From a virus (Duplodnaviria; Caudoviricetes): a stretch of DNA of 64,000 bases. A program made the translations under genes and the position numbers. The DNA lies in IMG/VR virus record IMGVR_UViG_3300026023_000352, positions 1 through 64,000 of that record, one strand, 5' to 3'. The notes under the pieces are model-generated. The model saw only the letters and a list, made by a program, of their open reading frames with translations. It had not been told where the DNA came from and ran no database searches. This document shows positions 1-9,894 of the stretch, piece after piece; positions within the stretch are counted from its first letter, which is position 1, and each line of letters begins with the position of its first letter.

Positions 1-157
1 ATGCTGGGTCAGATATTAGATCAATACAGCAAAAACAGCACCGATGAGAATATAGAAAAGACGCCGCCCAAGGGGGACAAGGGCGGCGCCTGTGCCGCGG
101 GTAGCTACTTCCCAACCGTTGTTAAAGACGGATGGCCGCAGCAGGATCAGGATACTT

Positions 158-592
158 CTACTCGGCCGCTTCCCGCAACCCCTCGGTCGCAGAAGCCGCC
201 CAGCGACCGCTATCCAGGTGTACGACTCGACCGGCCTTCCGCATCGCATTGAGAGCGTTCGAGACGGACATCTCCCCGGCCTTGTCGCCCTTGACTCCAA
301 GCGCATCAAGCAGCTCCCCGCGCTTCATGCCGTTGGGTGATTGGCTGAGCTGGGTCATTATCCCTTCACGCCGGCTGCCGCGGCGGGCATGCGTCGTCGC
401 GCTGCCGCGAGCAGGTTGCACCGCCTTTCCGGTTTTGACTGCCTCGTAGGCGGCGATTGCGGCGAACTCAGTATCGATCATATCGATTCTGTATTGCCAC
501 TGCGCCAATTCATGATGAGCAGCCGCGCGCTTCTCTGTGAGGCGGGCGCGCTCGCTCTCGATGTACTCTGCGAAATTCACGCTGTCGGACAT
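158..592 (-). CDS. Hypothetical protein, N-terminal coiled coil plus C-terminal winged-HTH-like region
   Basis: ORF with likely start MSDSVNF (ATG at 592); C-terminal 'GMKRGELLDALG..MSVSNALNAMRKAGRV' resembles a wHTH. Confidence 0.5.
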   Translation of the reverse strand: MSDSVNFAEYIESERARLTEKRAAAHHELAQWQYRIDMIDTEFAAIAAYEAVKTGKAVQPARGSATTHARRGSRREGIMTQLSQSPNGMKRGELLDALGVKGDKAGEMSVSNALNAMRKAGRVVHLDSGRWAASATEGLREAAE

Positions 593-665
593 GATCGCTC
601 CTATGGTTGTGTGCCGCTGCAATATGTTACCATCCATCATGCAAAACAACACCGAAAGACATCAA

Positions 666-1295
666 ATGAAGACAAGTGCCGCCGGAAAAGCCCTCATCGA
701 CAGGAATGAGGGTGACAAGCTAGTCGCCTACTTAGATCGAATTGCCGACCCGCCGGTCTGGACAATCGGACGGGGATGCACCGGGCCTGAAATTTACGAG
801 GGCTTAGAGATAACGCAGGCGGAGTCCGATCGGATGTTCGACGGCCGGCTGGCCCGTGAATTTGAGCCCGGAGTGATGGCAGCTATCGGTGACTCGCCGA
901 CCACTCAGGCGCAATTCGACGCAATGATCAGCCTGGCATGGAATATCGGTATCGGCGGCTTTGCGAGATCGAGTGTCGCCAGGCTACATAAGGCGGGTGA
1001 TTATATGGCGGCGGCTTCTTTCTTCGCGCTATGGAACAAAAGCGGCGGCAAGGTGATCGACGGGCTCGTGCGAAGACGCAAGGAAGAGGCGGATCTATAT
1101 CTATCAGGAGGAACTGGACTGGCTCCGGCACCATCGCCAGAACCCGCACCATCATCGCCCATCAGCCATGATTACCTCCTTGTCCTGCAGGCGTTCATGC
1201 GAGCCAGCGGCGACTACATCGGCGAAATCGACGGGATTGATGGGCCGCTAACATGGGCCGCTGTCGATGCCGTTCGACAGAGGACTACGCAATGA
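666..1295 (+). CDS. Endolysin, GH24 phage lysozyme with C-terminal peptidoglycan-binding-like segment
   Basis: EG..L.AYLD...VWTIGRG, 'TQAQFDAMISLAWNIG', 'WNKSGGKVIDGLVRRRKEEADLY'; C-terminal 'IDGIDGPLT'. Confidence 0.92.
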   Translation: MKTSAAGKALIDRNEGDKLVAYLDRIADPPVWTIGRGCTGPEIYEGLEITQAESDRMFDGRLAREFEPGVMAAIGDSPTTQAQFDAMISLAWNIGIGGFARSSVARLHKAGDYMAAASFFALWNKSGGKVIDGLVRRRKEEADLYLSGGTGLAPAPSPEPAPSSPISHDYLLVLQAFMRASGDYIGEIDGIDGPLTWAAVDAVRQRTTQ

Positions 1296-1633
1296 GCGAC
1301 CCACTACCTCCGAACCCTGGGCCATGGTGGGCGCCGCCTGATCGATCACCCCCGACGCCTATGCCGTGGTGGGTGCTACCTGGACTCGCTCTGATTGCGG
1401 AAATAATTTTTTCTGCCGGCCTGGCGCTAGCCTTCATTCGCGGGAATGAGACGCAGCAGACGACCATGCTCACTGCCGCGATCGGACTATCCGCGACGGC
1501 ATTTGGGTTTTTTTATCAATCGTCTCTCGGCAGCAAGCAGGCAGCGGCGACGATTGCCGAGAAACTCAACGGCGCCTCGCAAGATAAACCTGTCGCGATT
1601 GCGGTTAGTGGTGTGAACGAAGATAGAAAATAA
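1292..1633 (+). CDS. Putative holin (two transmembrane segments)
   Basis: ATGA overlap with the endolysin stop; two hydrophobic helices ending 'FGFFYQSSLGSK'. Confidence 0.65.
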   Translation: MSDPLPPNPGPWWAPPDRSPPTPMPWWVLPGLALIAEIIFSAGLALAFIRGNETQQTTMLTAAIGLSATAFGFFYQSSLGSKQAAATIAEKLNGASQDKPVAIAVSGVNEDRK

Positions 1634-1648
1634 GCATGAGGAATATTT

Positions 1649-2206
1649 TTATGCGGAATCCGAATTATCGATGACAATTCCGGCGCGCTCAAGGTCCTCA
1701 AGACTGACGAGATCGTTCGGAAGATCGGATAAAGCTACCATGGTGTAATAAATGGTTCCGTCTTTCACAAATGTAGAAACAATCACATGAGTATCCCGAA
1801 TCTCTTTTCCAATACAACGTGTTATAGTCATCTCGTTTTTTGGAATCCGATACATATTAAGTAATGCGCGGAGACGTGGGGATAGGTCAGACGACGCCAA
1901 AATCTCCCGAACATTCGTAAGGATTTGCCCTATTCGACTCATACCGCGCCGAAGTTCTTTCACATCATCAGTCAACCTAGAATTTATTTCTTTCTGATCA
2001 GGGTCAGAAATGTGACCTATCGATCTACACTCTACCATGGCTTTATAAACAGACCGGACAAGGCTCCAATGGTCAGAATCCAAAGACAAACCGTCTTCCA
2101 AGGCGGCCACGCCAGACTCGATCATCTCCCGCGTGATCTCAATCTCGCAATTCTCCCTGTCGTCGTCGCGCTCGCAATTTCTTGCGGAGTCTATCGGCGA
2201 TGCCAT
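1649..2206 (-). CDS. Hypothetical protein (lower-GC moron-like)
   Basis: 185-aa ORF; no motif recognised. Confidence 0.45.
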   Translation of the reverse strand: MASPIDSARNCERDDDRENCEIEITREMIESGVAALEDGLSLDSDHWSLVRSVYKAMVECRSIGHISDPDQKEINSRLTDDVKELRRGMSRIGQILTNVREILASSDLSPRLRALLNMYRIPKNEMTITRCIGKEIRDTHVIVSTFVKDGTIYYTMVALSDLPNDLVSLEDLERAGIVIDNSDSA

Positions 2207-2293
2207 GCTATGTAAACCTTACAATTCCCGTTATTTCATACGAGCATAAGTCTGCTTAATGTGTTTCGCAACCTCTAAATCGGATAATTCCGC

Positions 2294-2623
2294 TTAATTC
2301 TCTGTCTGCGGCACAATCGTCATTCCAGCCTCCGAAAGTGCCGCCGTATAGACCGCCATCGCTGCGCGAGCCTCGCGGTCACACTGCCGGAAGCAATAAC
2401 AATCGCCGTCCGCACACTCTCCCTGTGGAACGGTATCTGGCCGGAAGCAGCCGCCAACTTCCGCCGCCCGCATCCTGCTGATCTCTGTACGAACCGCATC
2501 AACGATCTTCTCGTCCATCATCCCATTCTCGCCCGAATTGGTGGCTAGAAATATCTCTCCGTCTAGCTCCCGGCTTCCCTCAGTCGCGGACTCCAATCGC
2601 ACGATCAATTCGTTGATGCTCAT
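2294..2623 (-). CDS. Hypothetical phage protein
   Basis: Starts 'ELIVRLESATEGSRELDGEI', a start pattern I recall from alphaproteobacterial phage ORFs. Confidence 0.55.
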   Translation of the reverse strand: MSINELIVRLESATEGSRELDGEIFLATNSGENGMMDEKIVDAVRTEISRMRAAEVGGCFRPDTVPQGECADGDCYCFRQCDREARAAMAVYTAALSEAGMTIVPQTEN

Positions 2624-2926
2624 CGCGCGATCCCGTGATGCACCAGCCGACGCGGGGGCAGGCGGGCCTTGGGCGTCACCTCCGTCATGGCCCGCCGCGC
2701 CGGCTGGTTGGGGTTCCGGCGTTGAGAAGACACGCGTCGCCTGGGTGTCAGGGCAGTTGTGGTCTCGCTCATCGCCGGAAGCTGTTTCCGATGTCGGGGA
2801 GGCATTCGAATTATGGGTGCCAAATCCCTAATGGCCTCGCCGGCATCGGAATTGATATACGCATACGTCATCATCGCCGCTGCTGTTGCGGTGCATCGAG
2901 CACGGCAATCGTCACTATGCTTGCCA

Positions 2927-3292
2927 TCACTCTGGATGAAGTAGCGGTATGCGCCAAATAGCTGAATAACTCATATATTTGAACTGTATATTTCTTCTCT
3001 GGAGCGTCTCTTCGCATCGCATTTCTAGAATATCGTCAAGAGTCCTAACATCATAGATGCTGCTCTTAATTTTGTCACGCCCGTGACCCGTAACAGTCCA
3101 TATCTGTTCGACGACCCATGTTGTTGGATGCCCCTTTATGGTGCGGCCATAGAACTGAAATCTGGAGCCACAATGGACCTGCGTTTTGTGGAAGAACACA
3201 GGGTCCGTTATGACAACCGGCTCCGCCGTGCCTGTATAGACCGCGCGCGGCAGATTGTGAACTATATCAAGTTTACGTTTTGGCATTGCCAT
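2927..3292 (-). CDS. Hypothetical protein
   Basis: 121-aa ORF preceded by AGGAG. Confidence 0.5.
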   Translation of the reverse strand: MAMPKRKLDIVHNLPRAVYTGTAEPVVITDPVFFHKTQVHCGSRFQFYGRTIKGHPTTWVVEQIWTVTGHGRDKIKSSIYDVRTLDDILEMRCEETLQRRNIQFKYMSYSAIWRIPLLHPE

Positions 3293-4285
3293 CTTGCATA
3301 CTCCTAGATGCTAGGTGGTAAGAGACGGCACCTGTTGACGCGGGTGCCGTCTCAGGGGTTTTCAGCCTTGTTTAGATAGTTTATCTGAGCGTTTCTCGTG
3401 AATTGCCTGATAATTCCGCCATCTTCCAAATCTGTGATATATTTCCCTTACTGTTTCTCTCGAAAGATTAAGGACTCTACCGATCTTGGAAAATGTTTCA
3501 CCATTATCTCGTCCTCTCGAAAAGAAGCCTTCTTAGGCGAAAGATTTGACGCCGTGACATTAAAACTGCAACCTTGAATCCGACAAGAAAAGCCACCCCA
3601 GCAACGAATATTGTCTGGAAGATCCAACCATGGCGTGGTTCCCTAGATTGGAGACAGTCGAGAGCACTCATTGGTGGAGAAATTTCTATTTTGGAGCCAG
3701 TATCATAGCTCTCATTATGCTGGGAGTTTTTGAGGTTATCTCCCATCGCCATTCGGAGCGGGAGGGCGATTTGGCCGCCGACCAATTGGCTAAGGCTCAA
3801 CAGCGCTACGATACAGAGATAGCCCAGCTTCATCTGACATCCCCCTTCGCTTGAGTGCAGTCTCATGGGTTAATTACGTGGAAATTGGAATCGCACAGAA
3901 AGATAAGGCGTCGCCGGATCTGGCCAAAACACAGCGTCAATGGCCGCGACAAGAATACCGGCCCCCTGTCGTCGGCGCAGAGAATAGCGCGAGCGGTAGA
4001 ATCGACCTTCACGCAGAGTCACGCAATAGCCTCGAATCGTCATTGCTCTGCCCAGAGAATTGCGCAACCATACGCACAGCGCCCGCGCGGTGCGAGCGCC
4101 GTTCGCGGGAGATCGCGAGCCATGAAATAGCAAAGCCGCCTGTCCCGTGGGGGAAGGCGGCTCGCATACCGGCCGAAGCCAGAGAAAAGAGATCGATTGC
4201 TTGGCGGCATCGATCCTCTGACATCGGACGGCCAAAAGCAAGCCTTGATTCTTGCCACGGGGTGGGTGTGCCCGGAGACAACCCC

Positions 4286-4816
4286 ATGCCGTTCGCCACA
4301 GTCGCCGTTCCTTTCGACGTATACCGCGAATTGCCATCACCGCAGCACCGTTGGCTGCTGATATGCCTAGCCCGCTACGCTGATCGCGACGGGCGGTGCT
4401 GGCCGTCGATGCGCCAGCTTGCCAAAGATGCTCGGTTGTCGAAATCATCTGTCCAGCGGTATCTCGCGGACCTGTCCCGGCTCGAATGTTTCAGCCGGTC
4501 CCGGCGTCCTGGGGGGCGATACGTATATCAGCTCGCCATCGAATATCGCCCCGGTTTGCATGGTCGCCGTACAGGTGTCCCGACATCGAGCGGCCCTGTC
4601 CCGCAGAAAGAGACACAGAAAGCAGTACCTATTAAGCATCAAGAAATATCCGATGATTCAGGCAAGTGGGAAGCCCGGCTGCGCGGGTGGCAGAAGCGGC
4701 GTATGTGGCTGGAATGGTGGGGGCCACGACCGAATCAACCCGGCTGCTGGGCGCCAGCGTCGGCGATCTCGGTGATGATCGCGAGCGTTGCCGCAACAGG
4801 GTCAGGGGCCGCGTAG
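4286..4816 (+). CDS. Helix-turn-helix protein (HTH_36 / replication-initiator-like N-terminus)
   Basis: 'LLICLARYADRDGRCWPSMRQLAKDARLSKSSVQRYLADL'; GGAG upstream of ATG 4286. Confidence 0.7.
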   Translation: MPFATVAVPFDVYRELPSPQHRWLLICLARYADRDGRCWPSMRQLAKDARLSKSSVQRYLADLSRLECFSRSRRPGGRYVYQLAIEYRPGLHGRRTGVPTSSGPVPQKETQKAVPIKHQEISDDSGKWEARLRGWQKRRMWLEWWGPRPNQPGCWAPASAISVMIASVAATGSGAA

Positions 4817-5391
4817 ATCGGTCTGCCGATCACGATATAATCTGCGCCATTGCGGATCGCGTCACCGGGCGTGCTCGGGGCGACGTGATTGTTGGATTCC
4901 GCACCTGCCGGGCGGATGCCGGGGCAGACGAGTATCTTTTTCGTTGCGGGTCGCAGTTCTTCTAAATACGCTGGAGGACAGATAAGTCCATCACATATTT
5001 TTTCATCGGAAAGCGAAAATCCGCTTGTTTCATTAAGCCATACGCTTGGCCTGACTCCATCCGTCAGACGGCGTACAGATAATATCTCCGGCCTGAACCC
5101 AAGCGCATACTCCACGCAATCGGCATGCACCGTTACCATCGAGGCGCCGAGCCTATCGACGATTTCCATCGTGCGCCGCACTGTGTCACGCGTATCGTAC
5201 AGTTTCAGATCCGCCATAAAATGGGCTCTCTCGGATACAATGAATTTTGCAAGAAATCGCCCATCAATAAGCATGAATGTTCCCACGCCGAGCTTGAATT
5301 TGTTTACATAAGGGAGAAGTTTTTTTACGATAGCGATTGCTTCGTCCGCCGGCAAATCGAGCGCAACGATCAGGCGATCAGCGGGGTTCAT
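4735..5391 (-). CDS. pyrF: Orotidine-5'-phosphate decarboxylase-like protein (divergent)
   Basis: 'RLIVALD', 'KFKLG', 'DLKLYDTRDTV' (DxKxxD), 'TVHA', 'PGIRP', 'GADYIVIGRPI'. Confidence 0.85.
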   Translation of the reverse strand: MNPADRLIVALDLPADEAIAIVKKLLPYVNKFKLGVGTFMLIDGRFLAKFIVSERAHFMADLKLYDTRDTVRRTMEIVDRLGASMVTVHADCVEYALGFRPEILSVRRLTDGVRPSVWLNETSGFSLSDEKICDGLICPPAYLEELRPATKKILVCPGIRPAGAESNNHVAPSTPGDAIRNGADYIVIGRPIYAAPDPVAATLAIITEIADAGAQQPG

Positions 5392-5412
5392 GAGCGTCTC
5401 CGTTTTGGGGGC

Positions 5413-5889
5413 CTAAGCCGAGCGAGCCGGGGTGCGCCGGTTCTTACGGCGCGGCTTTCCGCCGACATAGGCTTCGTCCATCTCCACGATCCCGCGCAGC
5501 AACTCGGTTCCGTTGTCGGCCATCGCTTTGCGGATGCGGTGCATCATGCTCCACACCGTAGGGCGGCGCATTTCAAGATCGCGCGCCGCTTGCATCGCAG
5601 ACAACCCTTTCTTGGCCGACAGCATCAGCGAGATCAGTAGGAACCAGCGCTGCAAATCGACGTGCGTGTTGTGGAAGATCGTGCCTACGGTCACGCTGAA
5701 CGACCGCATACACCGCTGGCACTTCCAGCGTGCCGCCGTCATCTCCCGGCTGCTGTCGCGGTTGTGAGAGACGCGATCGGCACCGCAATACGGGCAGATG
5801 GGGCTTTCGCCCCACCGTACCTGTTCCAGGTGCGCGATGCAGTCGTCTTTGGTCGGCCAGCGCCGGTAAACCTCAACGATGCTGGTCAT
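5413..5889 (-). mobile_element. Truncated IS1595-family transposase (Zn ribbon + HTH + first DDE Asp only)
   Basis: 'LEQVRW..PICPYCG..WKCQRC..FSVTVGTIFHNT..SAKKGLSAMQAARDL..VEMDEAYVGGK' then stop; rest of the DDE domain absent. Confidence 0.85.
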
Positions 5890-6602
5890 CCCCGACAGAT
5901 CCGACATTGCATTTCGTTGATGGGGTCGCGCGTATCACGCGGTATCCAGCCAGTCTCGAATTTCTCCCGCAAACCCTTGAGCGAGGTCGGCTGTGTGTCG
6001 CGGCGTTCCGACCGAAAAGTGTGTCCGGTCATCTCTTCCCAAGCCTCTCCTTCAAGATAACTGGGAAGATTTGTGTTCCACAACTCCCACCACTCGATTA
6101 GTCTTTGAAAGAAGCATTTCATGCAATCGGTACGACGCGGTATGCTGATGCCGCGCTCAGCGTTGAACCGGATAACGTCGGATTTTCCCATTCCGGCTTC
6201 CCGCAGCGGGAACATCATCTCGACGTTGGGAACCTGCTGGTAGTCGCCGCCTTCCCGCGCTTCCTCGTCGGCCCGCAACCCGACATAGAAACGCGCTGGC
6301 GAGTGTTGAGTCAGGTAAGCCGCGAACGGCTCGATCTTGAGTACACGGGTACACCAACGCTGCCGCCAATTTGGCAATGCGTTCCACTGCTTAACAAGCC
6401 CTGCCAAACCGCCAGGATGCATGACCGGAATAATTGGCCCGATCCGCTCGCGGAGCGAACGCATGTGAGCGAACCATTCTGCCGGCTCGTCGCCGGTCGG
6501 CGTGCAGACCCACTTGAAATTTATGTCCGGCCGCGTCTCTTTGAGCAGGACGGCCATGCATACGCTGTCTTTGCCGCCTGAGATGGCCCCGATGTGGTTC
6601 AT
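5886..6602 (-). CDS. PAPS-reductase-family (PP-loop) protein
   Basis: 'ISGGKDS' PP-loop, 'RWCTRVLKIEP', 'VGLRADE', 'FPLRE', 'CMKCFFQ'. Confidence 0.85.
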   Translation of the reverse strand: MNHIGAISGGKDSVCMAVLLKETRPDINFKWVCTPTGDEPAEWFAHMRSLRERIGPIIPVMHPGGLAGLVKQWNALPNWRQRWCTRVLKIEPFAAYLTQHSPARFYVGLRADEEAREGGDYQQVPNVEMMFPLREAGMGKSDVIRFNAERGISIPRRTDCMKCFFQRLIEWWELWNTNLPSYLEGEAWEEMTGHTFRSERRDTQPTSLKGLREKFETGWIPRDTRDPINEMQCRICRG

Positions 6603-6665
6603 GTTTAAGTCCTCACTACCTTCGCCGCGCGCCGTCTGCGCGTCTTTGGCGGGTTTAGTGCGGCT

Positions 6666-6694
6666 AATATACGGAACCTAGACCTAGATGTCAA
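6666..6694 (-). promoter_or_regulatory. Sigma70-type promoter for the PAPS-reductase/IS-fragment/pyrF operon
   Basis: Minus strand TTGACA-17 nt-TATATT. Confidence 0.75.
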
Positions 6695-8290
6695 CCCCTA
6701 AAGCGGACAATTCCGGTTTCTTGGGTCATGTTCCACGTGAAACATTGTTCATGAGATATGACCTTTTAATGCCCGTCGCGGCTGCTCGAAAGGAGGCAAT
6801 TACAGCCCACGGGCGCTCGGTGTTTGACCCGACTTGCCGAGTTCGGGTTCCGCCGGTATGCTTGTGCGGCGAAAGGAATTTCGTCATCGCGTTATTCCCA
6901 GAGACATAGCGTATCACGCATTGTATTCTTCCTTCAGCGCCGCAATCCTCTCGTTCGCCCGGCAGATCATCTCCTCGCATTCCGGCGTGCGGTGCTCCGA
7001 GTAGCATCCAACCAACCACCGCCCGCAGTTATTATGAAATTTTCCTCCGAACCCGAGCGAACCTTGAAAGCGCCATTCGTGCCCAGACCAAATATCAGTG
7101 GCGAGGTAGTACATAAAGCTATGTTTCGCGCGAAGATCGTCACGGCATCCGCAATCCTCGACCAGCACGCGCCAGATGCGTTCGGACATATCGGGTGTTA
7201 TCCGGTTCACGCGGCCCGCACCGTCGCTGGTCGTGGCGGTCAATAACGGCGACTCGATGTGGCGATGATAATAGCCGCAATGACGTATGGGGCGGCAAAC
7301 ACCAGGGCAACCCCGAGCGCGACCCACATGCTCCACCACCAGAGCATCTCAGCGATCTCCAACAGGAGCGGCAGAAACTCGGTCACTTCTTGTTTTCCTC
7401 CCTCATATGAGGCGGCGAAATGCGAAGTTACCCTCTGAGGTGCCGATGTGCCGGTGGCCGCCGGCCGCGTCGATCACTCCCCACCATCCCGCCGCGCCAG
7501 ATCGACCTGGGCGTACTCGCCGCGCTCGATCTGGCCGGCGATGTGCTCGCGCATTATAGCGCTCAGATTCGGGTGATTCCGCAGCCACGCTGCGATCATG
7601 GCCACAGTGCTGGCGCGTTCGGCCGCGGCTCCTTCCGCGCGCAAATCGCACTTGCGCCGCACGACTCGCCGGCCGGCTTCCGGCCTCCCGCCAGGCAGCA
7701 ATCCATCGGGAGGTCTACCGGGCAATACCATCCTCCCGCCGCACCGGCTCGGGCTGGGCGTGATCGCCGCGCTCGACCATCATCGCCACAAGACGAAAGA
7801 GCGCTGCATCATTCAGATTTTGGCCGGCTACGCGGATCAGACCCGTGCGCAGCCAAGCCACCATGCTGGCGCGCTCGGCAGCGGCGCCTTCCGCGCGCAG
7901 ATAGCGTCGCGTCTCTTCCACCGATTGCTCAAGCGCCCGAGCGACTCTCCCGCCGTCATCATCCATGTTCGCCCCCCTCACAGGGCACAGCGTCGAGGCG
8001 CTCGAGGGCTTCGCGCAGGCGCCGCTCAACCGGGGCGCTGATCCGAGCGAACCGATACCGCGCCTTCTGCACATCGCGCGCCGCCTCCACAACCTCGTCC
8101 AGCGCGACGCTGTGCTCGCGTGCCTCGCGCAGAGTCTCGTCGCGGCAGGCGAGAACAGGCGCAACTAGCGGCACGACAAGATCGACCAGTGTTTGGTGCG
8201 CCCACTCAGACCACCCCATCAGCAGATATCCGCCCCTCGATCGTGCTCACAATTTCTCGGGCCAGCCGCTCCGCATCGCCCGTGTTGTTG

Positions 8291-8644
8291 TCAGGCATTA
8301 GCGATCTCCATCAAGACATCGGCATGGCACCGCTCACACCACGGGCAGTTGCTCCCGAGCGGCCTCCCATCCGCGTGCATATCACACAGGCCGCACCAGC
8401 AGGCCAAATCCTTGCCCGCAAGCTGCTCTCGTGCCGCAACGACTAACCGCTCGCTTTGTGGGGCAAACCCGAGATACACAGAGACGGCGTGTCGGTTGTC
8501 TTGCGTGATCGTTCCGAATGGATTACGCGCGCCAACCTTGAACGGATTCGCCCATGCTGTTGGGTGTCCGACATAGACCGCGCCTTGGGGCATCTTCCAA
8601 CCCTTCGTGCGCTTACGCTGAATGCGCTTGGGCGTTTCAGCCAC
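8291..8644 (-). CDS. DUF4326 family protein
   Basis: 'PKRIQRKRTKGWKMP..AVYVGHPTAWANPF..LAGKDLACWC..CHADVL'. Confidence 0.85.
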   Translation of the reverse strand: MAETPKRIQRKRTKGWKMPQGAVYVGHPTAWANPFKVGARNPFGTITQDNRHAVSVYLGFAPQSERLVVAAREQLAGKDLACWCGLCDMHADGRPLGSNCPWCERCHADVLMEIANA

Positions 8645-9118
8645 CGCTCAACCTCCCCTGCACCGTGTCCTATATACCCGCAACAATCAGCGTCACGGCG
8701 TGATCGCAAAATAGCCGTAGACGACGGCAAGAATGCCTACCGCCAACAACGCGTATAGGAATCTGTAAAACCACGCAAGTAGCCGATCGCTATAGCGCTC
8801 GTCCGGCACGTTGATTGTACCGCCATATGCTAGCCGCGTGGCGTCTAGTCCAGGATCGTCATGATTACGGCCCAGATCAAATGGCATTATTCTCTCCCTT
8901 CACCTGATCGACTATAAACAATGCCGCTAATGCATAGCGTTTTGCTGTTGGGCAGTCGCTATGACTAATTATCTGGACGAGTGCATGCCGGTAGCGTTTA
9001 GCCATATCTTCGGTGGCTTTCAGTTTCGCGGCGAAATCCGGAGCGGTTTCATGAAACCCCGGTTTCGTGACACTGCCGGGACTGAATGGGGCGGGCAGCG
9101 CGGAATCAGATGTGGCGC

Positions 9119-9358
9119 TCATGAATCAGCTCCTGCCAACTCGAAGACGATTTTTTTCTCGGGGCCGCAATGACGCGTATGGGCGAAAGCATCCTCAAAC
9201 GTATAGATACCGGCCTCCTCTATTTTGCTAGTGTATCCCGCGTAATGTGGGCGCCACCACAAGCGATGTTCACCTGACCATATAAACACTGCCCGACCCC
9301 GCATTACCTTGTAAGGATCAGAAGGGACTAACCGGACGCGGACTATTCTAGCGCTCAT
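9119..9358 (-). CDS. Hypothetical phage protein
   Basis: 'IWSGEH..WWRP..AGYT..IEEAGIYT' motif; overlaps neighbouring ORFs by 4 nt. Confidence 0.6.
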   Translation of the reverse strand: MSARIVRVRLVPSDPYKVMRGRAVFIWSGEHRLWWRPHYAGYTSKIEEAGIYTFEDAFAHTRHCGPEKKIVFELAGADS

Positions 9359-9708
9359 GGATGCTGAGCCTTGCCGTGGGGCGAGTCAACAATCCTGTAT
9401 GCGAATTTTCCCGGAACCGGACAAACCAAACCTTTCTTACACATACGATATATTTTGTTTTGAAGAAACCGGCGTTTTTGAACCGTCCCATATTTTCGGT
9501 AGAGGTCGATGAGTATTTGATCAAGGGTGAAGGCGCCGTAACAGGAGCGCATTACCTCCAAGATTTGAGTTTCAAGATCGTCGGCGCGGACGCCCGACAA
9601 CTGCTGTAGCACCTCCTCGGGAAGATCGGACAGATCGCCCAAAATCAACGACAGATGCTCGCGCCGCGCTGCCGCTGCTTGCTCTGCGGGGTTGTCCTGG
9701 GCGCTCAT
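9355..9708 (-). CDS. Hypothetical protein, winged-helix-like
   Basis: 'DQILIDLYRKYG..LQNKIYRMCKKGLV'. Confidence 0.5.
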   Translation of the reverse strand: MSAQDNPAEQAAAARREHLSLILGDLSDLPEEVLQQLSGVRADDLETQILEVMRSCYGAFTLDQILIDLYRKYGTVQKRRFLQNKIYRMCKKGLVCPVPGKFAYRIVDSPHGKAQHP

Positions 9709-9894
9709 GATCCGGTCAACTCGGAAAGCTGGCGATCGATCGTCGCAAGGGCGCGGGTAGCTGCGTCGTAATCGATATCTGCCGCCCGCGCCGCGCCGTC
9801 GTCCTCAGTATTCCATGCCATGTTCGCAGCACCGCCAGCCGCCATCAGCAGCTTGAACGCGACCTCTTGCGCCGCGTGCAATTCATCGATGGGA

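Noticed and set aside
5392-5415. Read-through fusion of the IS fragment to PyrF (same frame across TAG)
   Set aside because: One-in-three coincidence; pyrF has its own GGAG RBS
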